This document shows, in pieces, positions 1-6,794 of a stretch of 64,000 nucleotides of DNA. The notes under the pieces were generated by a model. It made no database searches, had not been told where the DNA came from, and saw only the letters and a program-made list of their open reading frames with translations. Made by a program: the position numbers and the translations under genes. Position 1 is the first letter of the stretch, and every line of letters begins with the position of its first letter. This stretch comes from an uncultured virus (IMG/VR IMGVR_UViG_3300022752_000039). Taxonomy: Duplodnaviria > Heunggongvirae > Uroviricota > Caudoviricetes. Where the stretch lies: IMG/VR virus record IMGVR_UViG_3300022752_000039; one strand, written 5' to 3'.

Positions 1-119
1 ATGCGGCCAAGATGATTGGTAATGACTTCGTCGTAGCACATAAGTTACGTGGCTCTAAGTCACCTGGCGTATCTACATATAAGCCAGATGAGACCGTGAG
101 AGTGTGGCGCAAGAAGTGA
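1..119 (+). CDS. 3' end of a hypothetical protein (truncated by window edge)
   Basis: Open frame from nt 3 (AAKMIGNDF...VRVWRKK) to TGA 117-119, which overlaps GTG 116 of the next gene (GTGA coupling). Confidence 0.6.
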   Translation, partial: AAKMIGNDFVVAHKLRGSKSPGVSTYKPDETVRVWRKK

Positions 120-340
120 GCAACCTCTCTAAGAAGCAGTTCCCATGGTCTAAGCAGTATGACGATGAATCAGGTATCACCTGGCACGTCCACGCAGATT
201 CAGGGCACAAGATCTACAACAGATTACAAGGTGTCCATCGATGGGAGATTTCAGGCGGTCCTCATAATGGAGAACTGCATACATCTCTAGGTGAAGCCAA
301 GAAGGTAGTCGAGACTGCTCATCAGGAGATGAAGGCATGA
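116..340 (+). CDS. Small protein with NLSxxQF leader (MSNLSKKQF)
   Basis: ORF track 104..340; GTG 116 preferred because of GTGA overlap and match to MSNLSPQQF at 858. Confidence 0.75.
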   Translation: MSNLSKKQFPWSKQYDDESGITWHVHADSGHKIYNRLQGVHRWEISGGPHNGELHTSLGEAKKVVETAHQEMKA

Positions 341-861
341 GCGTTCTAGGACGTCAGTGGGAGCAACCCACCATTCCAGGAATGGGATTGCCTGTACCAG
401 GAGGAACACACCTGAAGAAGTCTGGTGGCTTAGGACATATGCCTGGAGATGTACATAAGAGTATTACTGCGATGCTACCTATCGAGCAGGTCAAGAAGTA
501 TCGTGAAGTGGATCGAGAAGGCAAAGACTCTTACGGCGATATCAGTAAGAAGAACATCAGCAATATCGCCAATGACATAAAGCAAGGCGGCGTTATAAAA
601 GAGCCTCTGATACTTGAGCACAACACAAAGACTCAATGGGGATACCTAGGAGAAGGTCATCATCGTCTTGCTGCAGCAGAGAAGGCAGGATTAACTCACG
701 TACCTGTGACTGTCTACTCTGGTAGTTCAGATATGGCCTCCCGTAAGTCAAGTGGCATCGGTGCGCCATTGACGCTGATGAATCCAAAACAGTGGGACCC
801 AAACGATAGAGGCTATCAGCCCAAAGAGTTGCACCCTGGTCACTTCAAGGAGATGCAATGA
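337..861 (+). CDS. ParB/Sulfiredoxin N-terminal-domain protein
   Basis: IANDIKQGG-IKEPLIL...GEGHHRLAAAEKAGLTHVPV matches the ParB/Srx GxHR motif; ATGA coupling at both ends. Confidence 0.75.
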   Translation: MSVLGRQWEQPTIPGMGLPVPGGTHLKKSGGLGHMPGDVHKSITAMLPIEQVKKYREVDREGKDSYGDISKKNISNIANDIKQGGVIKEPLILEHNTKTQWGYLGEGHHRLAAAEKAGLTHVPVTVYSGSSDMASRKSSGIGAPLTLMNPKQWDPNDRGYQPKELHPGHFKEMQ

Positions 862-1247
862 GCAATCTATCTCCTCAACAGTTCCATATCTTCCGTGGAT
901 TACAGGTTCCTGCCTCTGGAGTACAGAAGCACATCCTAGGAGTCCACTGGACAGATAACCCAGATGTAGCAGAGGACTTCGGAAGCGGTAAGGGGGTAGG
1001 TGGTTACTCACGCAATCGCGCCTCTTACAAAGGTCCATACTCAGTCATCCATGCCACAGCGACAAAGCGTGCAGTAGAGAAGAATCCAGAGAAGTTACAG
1101 AATTACGATATCGCCTCGGATGTCGATGAAGACGAGATTCCTCTCAAAGAAAATACAAAGGTTAACGTCCACTCAATTACCACAGTCCATCCTGGTAAGA
1201 GAGAAAGAATGCGTAAGTACAATCCGCCAAGGAAGATGACGACATGA
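858..1247 (+). CDS. Putative ADP-ribosyltransferase-fold protein (R-S-E-like) with NLSxxQF leader
   Basis: HIFRGL ... GVHWTDNPDVAEDF ... EDEIPL ordered like the ART R / STS-like / ExE motifs. Confidence 0.6.
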   Translation: MSNLSPQQFHIFRGLQVPASGVQKHILGVHWTDNPDVAEDFGSGKGVGGYSRNRASYKGPYSVIHATATKRAVEKNPEKLQNYDIASDVDEDEIPLKENTKVNVHSITTVHPGKRERMRKYNPPRKMTT

Positions 1248-1345
1248 GCGCCCAAGAACAAAAGCAATGTCGTCTATGTGACCATGACATGAAGTACGGC
1301 TGCTGTACAATAGATACCTGCAAGTGTATCTGTGAAGCGAGGTAG
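1244..1345 (+). CDS. 33-aa Cys-rich microprotein
   Basis: Read manually: MSAQEQKQCRLCDHDMKYGCCTIDTCKCICEAR; ATGA overlap with upstream stop; fills the gap to 1348. Confidence 0.65.
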   Translation: MSAQEQKQCRLCDHDMKYGCCTIDTCKCICEAR

Positions 1346-1347
1346 TC

Positions 1348-1608
1348 ATGCCAGAGAATTTAAGCAATGCACAGTTTGGCGATAAGCCTCGTTATGTACC
1401 TGATCAGACTGGTCACTCAATCGGATGGCATATCTTGAAGTGGCACACAAAAGGTCGCGGGCCTGCGAATGCAAAATCATTCGGCGGTGATGGCATTTCG
1501 ACCTATGACTACGACCACCACCACAAGATCCATATGCGTATGCATGAGGACGGAAAATTTGAGGTCGGGCACGAGCATGAGCATTTCACACCAAAGAAGG
1601 GCAAGTAA
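1348..1608 (+). CDS. His-rich small protein with NLSxxQF leader (ENLSNAQF)
   Basis: ORF track; GAGG SD; His-rich C-terminus DHHHKIHMRMH...GHEHEH. Confidence 0.7.
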   Translation: MPENLSNAQFGDKPRYVPDQTGHSIGWHILKWHTKGRGPANAKSFGGDGISTYDYDHHHKIHMRMHEDGKFEVGHEHEHFTPKKGK

Positions 1609-2045
1609 TGGCTGCTGAAGATAACTTGTCTCATGAACTGTTCTTTGAAGCACATCGAGGCCTCAAATTACGAAGTGGTAATAACTTTACTATTGATAAA
1701 AGTAACTTAGGTACACATTGGAGCGCTAACGAAGGCGTCGCACGAGACTTTGCAGGAATTAACTTCCAACCAGAGTCAGGGCATGTGTATCACGCCCGTG
1801 TACCTATGTCCTCTGTTGACACCGATACCGATTCACTCAAGGCATCTCAGGTCATTACTCCTTGGGAGACACCTTACGACGAAGACGAAGTCCCAGTTAA
1901 ATCTAACGCAAAGGTCTTAGTAACTGGTAGAACGACATACAAAGAAGCATACGGCAATGACCCTAGAGGTAAAGAAGGTCTAGCAGTTATGCCTGTTCGT
2001 ACACGTACTCGTAAATACAATCCTCCACGGGAGATGAAGGCATGA
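1608..2045 (+). CDS. Second putative ADP-ribosyltransferase-fold protein, paralog of 858..1247
   Basis: AHRGL ... GTHWSANEGVARDF ... EDEVPV; shared C-terminal RKYNPPRxM; leader DNLSHELF. Confidence 0.6.
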   Translation: MAAEDNLSHELFFEAHRGLKLRSGNNFTIDKSNLGTHWSANEGVARDFAGINFQPESGHVYHARVPMSSVDTDTDSLKASQVITPWETPYDEDEVPVKSNAKVLVTGRTTYKEAYGNDPRGKEGLAVMPVRTRTRKYNPPREMKA

Positions 2046-2425
2046 AGCAGACGCCTAGAGAACCAGATCACGATCCATCAGAGCCAAGAAATCTGTCGGG
2101 CGTTCAATTCCGTTATATTCATCCTGGCGCTACCCAGCAGCACCCTAGCCTTCATACTATGGAGGCTCGTGACTCAGAAGGTTCTTACCTAGGTCATATG
2201 GACTGGAATAAGCGAACTGGTCAGATTGACAACATCAACGTGATCGGGCGCATGCAAGGTCTTGGTGTTGCAACATCAATGTATGAGAAGGCAACCAAAC
2301 TCGCATCTGACACTGGCATCAAGTCGCCACAACACTCAACTTTCCGCACTGACAAGGGCGATGCGTGGGCACGCAAGGTCGGTGGCAAGGTCCCACCTCG
2401 TAAGGCAGAGCCAGAAGAGTACTAA
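2042..2425 (+). CDS. GNAT-family acetyltransferase with NLSxxQF leader (RNLSGVQF)
   Basis: IDNINV-IGRMQGLGVATSMY = GNAT motif A (V-x4-Q/RxxGxA). Confidence 0.75.
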   Translation: MKQTPREPDHDPSEPRNLSGVQFRYIHPGATQQHPSLHTMEARDSEGSYLGHMDWNKRTGQIDNINVIGRMQGLGVATSMYEKATKLASDTGIKSPQHSTFRTDKGDAWARKVGGKVPPRKAEPEEY

Positions 2426-2445
2426 ACCTGTGATAGGGTCGGGGC

Positions 2446-2784
2446 ATGATTACAGAACGCCCTTGGGGAACATACGAAGTACTAACCACATCTGACACTC
2501 ACCAGGTAAAGCGCATCGTTGTGCATCCTGGTCAACGCCTCTCCTATCAGACACATGAACAACGCTCTGAATACTGGGTGATTGTTTCTGGAACAGGCAC
2601 CGTAACACTTGATGGTATTCAATCAATGGCACTTGGTGGCGATGCATTTATTATTGAACAAGGTATTGCTCATCGCATTGCTAATCCTGGAGATGAAGAT
2701 CTTGTCTTTATTGAGACGCAATTAGGACTCTACTTTGGCGAAGACGACATCGTGCGCCTAGAGGATGATTTTGGACGTGCATGA
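2446..2784 (+). CDS. Cupin, mannose-6-phosphate isomerase type II C-terminal-like
   Basis: RPWGTYEVL, VKRIVVHPGQRLSYQTHEQRSEYW, HRIANPG, GEDDIVRLEDDFGR. Confidence 0.9.
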   Translation: MITERPWGTYEVLTTSDTHQVKRIVVHPGQRLSYQTHEQRSEYWVIVSGTGTVTLDGIQSMALGGDAFIIEQGIAHRIANPGDEDLVFIETQLGLYFGEDDIVRLEDDFGRA

Positions 2785-2945
2785 TGGAAAAGACATGGGA
2801 AATTAGAGAGAAAGAAATACGTGAAGAGATTGCACAACGTATTGAAGGCGAACTAGAGGGAATGCTACCTCCAGTCGATGACGCTGATTACGCTGTGTTT
2901 ACAGCGATGGAGTGGGTACTGAAAGTAGTGCGAGGTCAATTATGA
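2781..2945 (+). CDS. Hypothetical protein (54 aa)
   Basis: Read manually (MMEKTWEIRE...VVRGQL); ATGA coupling on both sides. Confidence 0.6.
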   Translation: MMEKTWEIREKEIREEIAQRIEGELEGMLPPVDDADYAVFTAMEWVLKVVRGQL

Positions 2946-3136
2946 AAATAGGTCCATACACATTACGCAAGCCTTGGATTAGGTATGTAAATCTTGAGTT
3001 AGACTTTGAACAGCAACTAACCAGAGCAATAATGAACTCAATCAGATCAGACATTGTCGCAGAGATCATCACCTTAGATCTTTGCGATATAGAGTGCGAT
3101 GTGATTGACTACCTTCAAGGAACGTCACGACCATGA
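2942..3136 (+). CDS. Hypothetical protein
   Basis: ORF track 2912..3136; ATG 2942 overlaps upstream TGA. Confidence 0.6.
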   Translation: MKIGPYTLRKPWIRYVNLELDFEQQLTRAIMNSIRSDIVAEIITLDLCDIECDVIDYLQGTSRP

Positions 3137-3312
3137 TGCATCCTGATGAGTTTATAAAGTCCACCAATGCGTTTGCCTACACAAGCATCGGTGGTACAAA
3201 CTACGTAACAGCACCTGAAGAGTTTTTTGAGTATCTTGATGACTGTGAGTATGCAGGTGTTATTACGGCTGAAGAGTTTATGGAAGCACTAGATGATTGG
3301 ATTGAGGAATGA
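3133..3312 (+). CDS. Acidic hypothetical protein (59 aa)
   Basis: Read manually (MMHPDEFIK...ALDDWIEE); ATGA coupling on both sides. Confidence 0.6.
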   Translation: MMHPDEFIKSTNAFAYTSIGGTNYVTAPEEFFEYLDDCEYAGVITAEEFMEALDDWIEE

Positions 3313-3668
3313 AAGAATTTGGAAAGATAGTAAGCGTCTCTAAGGAGTACCACGACTCTAACCCAGAGCAGTCTCTAGAAATTATCAAGCAGATGTTTCA
3401 ACGGGAGTACGATCAGTACAGAGAGAAGCACTTCCCAGAGTGGAAAGAGGATTATCGATTCCTTGAGGGCGGAATTACTTATGAGAAGACTCTAACCAGA
3501 ATTGATGGGAAAGAAGTCTCAGATGAAGCAATGGAGCAATACCTAGAGTATGTCTACGGTGATGGTCCAATCTTTGAGTTTGGTGATGAGTACAGACTTG
3601 ACCTGCATGAGTTGTACCAGTTTGCTTGGTATGCAGTAGTTCCTGAAGAGTTGGTGCTGGAAGTATGA
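3309..3668 (+). CDS. Acidic hypothetical protein
   Basis: ORF track; coupled overlaps. Confidence 0.7.
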   Translation: MKEFGKIVSVSKEYHDSNPEQSLEIIKQMFQREYDQYREKHFPEWKEDYRFLEGGITYEKTLTRIDGKEVSDEAMEQYLEYVYGDGPIFEFGDEYRLDLHELYQFAWYAVVPEELVLEV

Positions 3669-4159
3669 TTGTTCAACTATCTAAAGAAGAAGTTCGTGCA
3701 TGTGCAGACATTGCGTTGAACAGATGGATGATGAAGTTTGGCAGTGTTGATCGCCCTAACTATGCAGGAGAGAACAAGAAGTACCTAGAGCCAGAGATTG
3801 CGGCAAATGTACGAACTATCGTTGCAGAGTACGCAGTTGCTAAGTTATACAAGCAGCCCTTCACATTCCCTTTTTACACCAATGAGGAACATTATTTCAG
3901 AAAAGACTTTCCTGATGTAATGCCATGTTACGAGGTCAAGTCAGTTCGTACTAAGGACGAGATCCCAGTCTTTCCTAAGGACATCAGGCCAGGGGTGATC
4001 TTGGTAGGGGCACGAGTCCTAGACCGCGACTACTACTCAGAGGTCGAGGTTTATGGCTGGCTTCCTACTGAAGAGTGCACCAAGGACGAGTATCATTATG
4101 CTCCAGAGAATTCGTGGCGAATTCCTCTAGACAAGTTTAACGACACTATTCCAGGCTAG
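3665..4159 (+). CDS. Possible PD-(D/E)XK nuclease-fold protein
   Basis: AEYAVAK helix ... FPDV ... YEVKS pattern. Confidence 0.45.
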   Translation: MIVQLSKEEVRACADIALNRWMMKFGSVDRPNYAGENKKYLEPEIAANVRTIVAEYAVAKLYKQPFTFPFYTNEEHYFRKDFPDVMPCYEVKSVRTKDEIPVFPKDIRPGVILVGARVLDRDYYSEVEVYGWLPTEECTKDEYHYAPENSWRIPLDKFNDTIPG

Positions 4160-4166
4160 GAGAATC

Positions 4167-4910
4167 ATGGCTGACAAAGGCACAGCAGCAGCGATCATTG
4201 AAGTTGCAAAGAAAGAAGTTGGGGTTATTGAAGGCCCTAAAGATAATGAGACCAAGTACGGCGCTTTCACCAAGGCTAACTTTCTAGCATGGTGTGGCTC
4301 ATTCGTCATGTGGTGTGCAAATCAAGCAGGTGTAAAGGTTCCTAATACAGTCTCGACTGTTGCAGGAGCAGCGGCGTTTAAGAAGATGGGCACATGGTTT
4401 GACGCTGATTGCGGTCAATCACCACAACCAGGAGATATTCTGTATTTTGATTTCCCAGGAGATGGCGTCGATCGAATTTCTCACGTAGGTATTTGCACAG
4501 GCATTGACTCTGATGGCGTAGTTAACACTATCGAGGGCAATACATCTGGCAAGAAGAAGGGCGACCAGCGCAATGGTGGCGAGGTCTGCGAGCAGACTCG
4601 TGCATACAAGCCAAATAAGAAGAAGGTTCTTGTCTCAATCGTTGGTTGGGGTCGTCCTAACTACAACGGCAACGAGGTCAATGTAGATGTGCCAGTAGAG
4701 GCACCTCCAGCCTTCCCAGGACAGATCAAGCCAGGTGCCAAGGGAGAATCTGTCAAGATTGTCCAGCGTGCTCTAGGATTGGCTGCAGACGGCGATTACG
4801 GCCCAGCGACAAAGAAGGCGGTTGTTGCATTCCAGGATAACCACGACATTGTTGACTCAAACGGCATCGTTGGCCCTAAGACATGGGCAGAATTGGTCAA
4901 ACTGCTCTAA
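4167..4910 (+). CDS. Endolysin: CHAP domain + C-terminal peptidoglycan-binding domain
   Basis: WCGSFV (catalytic Cys), SHVGI (His), TIEGNTS; DGDYGPATKKAVVAFQ...NGIVGPKTW PG-binding motif. Confidence 0.92.
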   Translation: MADKGTAAAIIEVAKKEVGVIEGPKDNETKYGAFTKANFLAWCGSFVMWCANQAGVKVPNTVSTVAGAAAFKKMGTWFDADCGQSPQPGDILYFDFPGDGVDRISHVGICTGIDSDGVVNTIEGNTSGKKKGDQRNGGEVCEQTRAYKPNKKKVLVSIVGWGRPNYNGNEVNVDVPVEAPPAFPGQIKPGAKGESVKIVQRALGLAADGDYGPATKKAVVAFQDNHDIVDSNGIVGPKTWAELVKLL

Positions 4911-4928
4911 TCGGACATTTTAGACTTG

Positions 4929-4975
4929 GAACCCTTCATCGATACCTAATGGTATCCTTGGGGGGTTCTTCTATT
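4929..4975 (+). terminator. Hairpin after the lysin gene
   Basis: gaacccttca..gatacc-taat-ggtatc..tggggggttc followed by ttctatt. Confidence 0.55.
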
Positions 4976-4986
4976 AGGGAGTGGTT

Positions 4987-5535
4987 ATGACAACGATCGT
5001 AGCGGTGCAGTATGAGGACAGAGTTGTTTTTGCTGCAGATAACCAAGTAACAGGTGATGACGGTCGCATCTACCACCATCCTCGAATGGAAAAGATCACA
5101 GAACGCAATGGCTATTTAATTGCTGGTTCTGGAGAAGTTGCACCTTGCGATATTGCACAGCACCTATGGATTCCGCCAAAACCAACAGCAAAAGATCTTC
5201 AAGATGTTTATCACTTCATGATTGCTAAAGTGATGCCTTCTCTCAGAAAATGCTTGACAGATAACGGATATGACTTTGCAGAGGGCAAGGGCGATGGAAA
5301 GGGTGATGGCAATCGCTTTAACTTCCTAGTGGCAGTTGGTGGCGAGGTGTTTGATGTTGCCGATGACTGCTCGATCTGTATGAGTGCTGACGGGATCTAC
5401 GGAGTAGGTTCTGGCTCTTCTTATGCTATCGGGGCACTTCATGCAGGTGCAAAGCCTATCAAGGCGCTAGAAATTTCTGAGAGACTAGATATGAATACAT
5501 CTGGGCCGTTTTTAGTCAAGGAACAATATAAGTAA
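4987..5535 (+). CDS. Proteasome beta/HslV-like Ntn threonine protease
   Basis: ATG 4987 gives MTTIVAV (N-terminal Thr), AADNQVT, EKI, IAGSG, GVGSGSSYAIGAL, DMNTSG. Confidence 0.85.
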   Translation: MTTIVAVQYEDRVVFAADNQVTGDDGRIYHHPRMEKITERNGYLIAGSGEVAPCDIAQHLWIPPKPTAKDLQDVYHFMIAKVMPSLRKCLTDNGYDFAEGKGDGKGDGNRFNFLVAVGGEVFDVADDCSICMSADGIYGVGSGSSYAIGALHAGAKPIKALEISERLDMNTSGPFLVKEQYK

Positions 5536-5540
5536 CTGTT

Positions 5541-5556
5541 TGTGATGCGGATCACA
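5541..5556. promoter_or_regulatory. Perfect CRP-family (CRP/GlxR) binding palindrome TGTGA-N6-TCACA
   Basis: tgtga tgcgga tcaca in intergenic DNA. Confidence 0.6.
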
Positions 5557-5580
5557 GCAGTTGTGAGTTAGATTAGTCAC

Positions 5581-5627
5581 ACAACTGAATAAGTGGCTCC
5601 TGGGTACGAGCACGCAGAAACTACCCC
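5581..5627 (+). ncRNA. Candidate small RNA ending in an H-type pseudoknot
   Basis: -10 TAGATT 5569-5574; S1 GU(G)GCUC/GAGCAC, loop GGGUA pairs with UACCC 5622-5626. Confidence 0.35.
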
Positions 5628-5640
5628 TATACTTAGCCTT

Positions 5641-5904
5641 ATGTCAAAAACACAAGATAAGCGTTTGCAAAGAAAAACCGATCATGCCGAGTACTGCTGG
5701 AAACAGGCACAACTCAAGGCAGCACTGGCCAAGACCAACTTAGATCTGGCCGTAGAAACTTTTAAGGATTTAAATAAAGAGATGACAGAAGAACAGATTC
5801 AAGCAACCCAAGAACAAACCCAAATACAGTACAAGCGCATTGAAGAGTACCTAATGAGTGAAAAAGAACTGTATTTAGAACGTATGGGCATCCAGCAAGA
5901 CTGA
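5641..5904 (+). CDS. Coiled-coil hypothetical protein (probably leaderless)
   Basis: ORF track 5593..5904; TATACT 7 nt upstream of ATG 5641. Confidence 0.7.
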   Translation: MSKTQDKRLQRKTDHAEYCWKQAQLKAALAKTNLDLAVETFKDLNKEMTEEQIQATQEQTQIQYKRIEEYLMSEKELYLERMGIQQD

Positions 5905-5943
5905 TAATAAGACTTACATCCTGAGGGGGAAACGAGAACAGGT

Positions 5944-6285
5944 ATGAATAGTCTTATGAAAAGTTTAAACAACGTATTGATGCGTATTGTTGCAGTATTT
6001 GCAGCAAGCGGTCTTTCAGTAATCGGTGCTGGTGCTATTGCTGGTATCTCAACTATCAAAGCGGTAACAGTCGCAGGCCTTACTGCAGTTGCAGCAGTTA
6101 TCGAGAAGTTGGCTCGTGCTTTTATGGACGATGGAAAACTAACTCTCGACGAAATCAACGCAGCATTTTCAACCGTTGATAAGGGTGCAAAGACTGTGGC
6201 AGATGTAGAAGTTGAAGAACGTCAAGCAGCAGATAAGAAAACTAAAGTTGCACCTGCTAAAGAAGACGATCCAAACTACAACTAG
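5944..6285 (+). CDS. Two-TM membrane protein (holin-like) with DDGKLTLDE motif
   Basis: Hydrophobic segments IVAVFAASGLSVIGAGAIAGI and AVTVAGLTAVAAVI; charged C-terminus. Confidence 0.7.
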   Translation: MNSLMKSLNNVLMRIVAVFAASGLSVIGAGAIAGISTIKAVTVAGLTAVAAVIEKLARAFMDDGKLTLDEINAAFSTVDKGAKTVADVEVEERQAADKKTKVAPAKEDDPNYN

Positions 6286-6458
6286 TCTCTAGTTGAGTAG
6301 AAGCCTCCGCCCTTAAAGGCAAGGCCAAAAGAATTAAAGACACGCTGAAGAGCGTAGCCGCACTTGTCGCAGTGATAACCAGGATCTGCCTCAGTGATGC
6401 TACGCTCTTTTTCGTAATCTAAATCGCACTGAATGCATGAGTACTCGTATCTAGGCAT
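6282..6458 (-). CDS. FmdB-family zinc-ribbon protein
   Basis: MPRYEYSCIQC...CDKCG...FKGGGFYSTRD signature; start refined to 6458. Confidence 0.88.
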   Translation of the reverse strand: MPRYEYSCIQCDLDYEKERSITEADPGYHCDKCGYALQRVFNSFGLAFKGGGFYSTRD

Positions 6459-6571
6459 TAATCTTCTCCGTCTATGTGATCGTCTTCGCAATCTCTTGCA
6501 AGAGTCATTACTACGTATCGTTTGCCGCATATACTACAAGAGAACTTTGCAATGTAGGCGGCATCATCCAT
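6458..6571 (-). CDS. 37-aa zinc-finger microprotein
   Basis: Read manually: MDDAAYIAKFSCSICGKRYVVMTLARDCEDDHIDGED; TAATG coupling to FmdB gene; CATAAT 6 nt upstream. Confidence 0.65.
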   Translation of the reverse strand: MDDAAYIAKFSCSICGKRYVVMTLARDCEDDHIDGED

Positions 6572-6620
6572 CCCGCTATTATGTCCTTACACAGAGACCA
6601 ATAAGGGGCAAAATAGGAAC

Positions 6621-6794
6621 ATGAACCAGAACCTTTCGATGGAGCAGTTTGCAGCACAAAGAAGCATTACCGCTGCTGGGGCAATGCCAAGAAGTTCAAA
6701 ATTTGATGAAAAACAACTTCCAAAGATTTCTGGTCAACAGAATCAGTACGCACCTGGTGCCAACACACCCATAGCAAAGCCAGGGTTCTTTTAA
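6621..6794 (+). CDS. 57-aa protein with NLSxxQF leader (MNQNLSMEQF)
   Basis: Read manually; TAATG coupling to 6794. Confidence 0.7.
   Translation: MNQNLSMEQFAAQRSITAAGAMPRSSKFDEKQLPKISGQQNQYAPGANTPIAKPGFF

Noticed and set aside
5583..5625. Hammerhead ribozyme (CTGA...GAAAC)
   Set aside because: CUGAAUAA does not fit the CUGANGA core and the three stems cannot be built; kept only as a pseudoknot candidate
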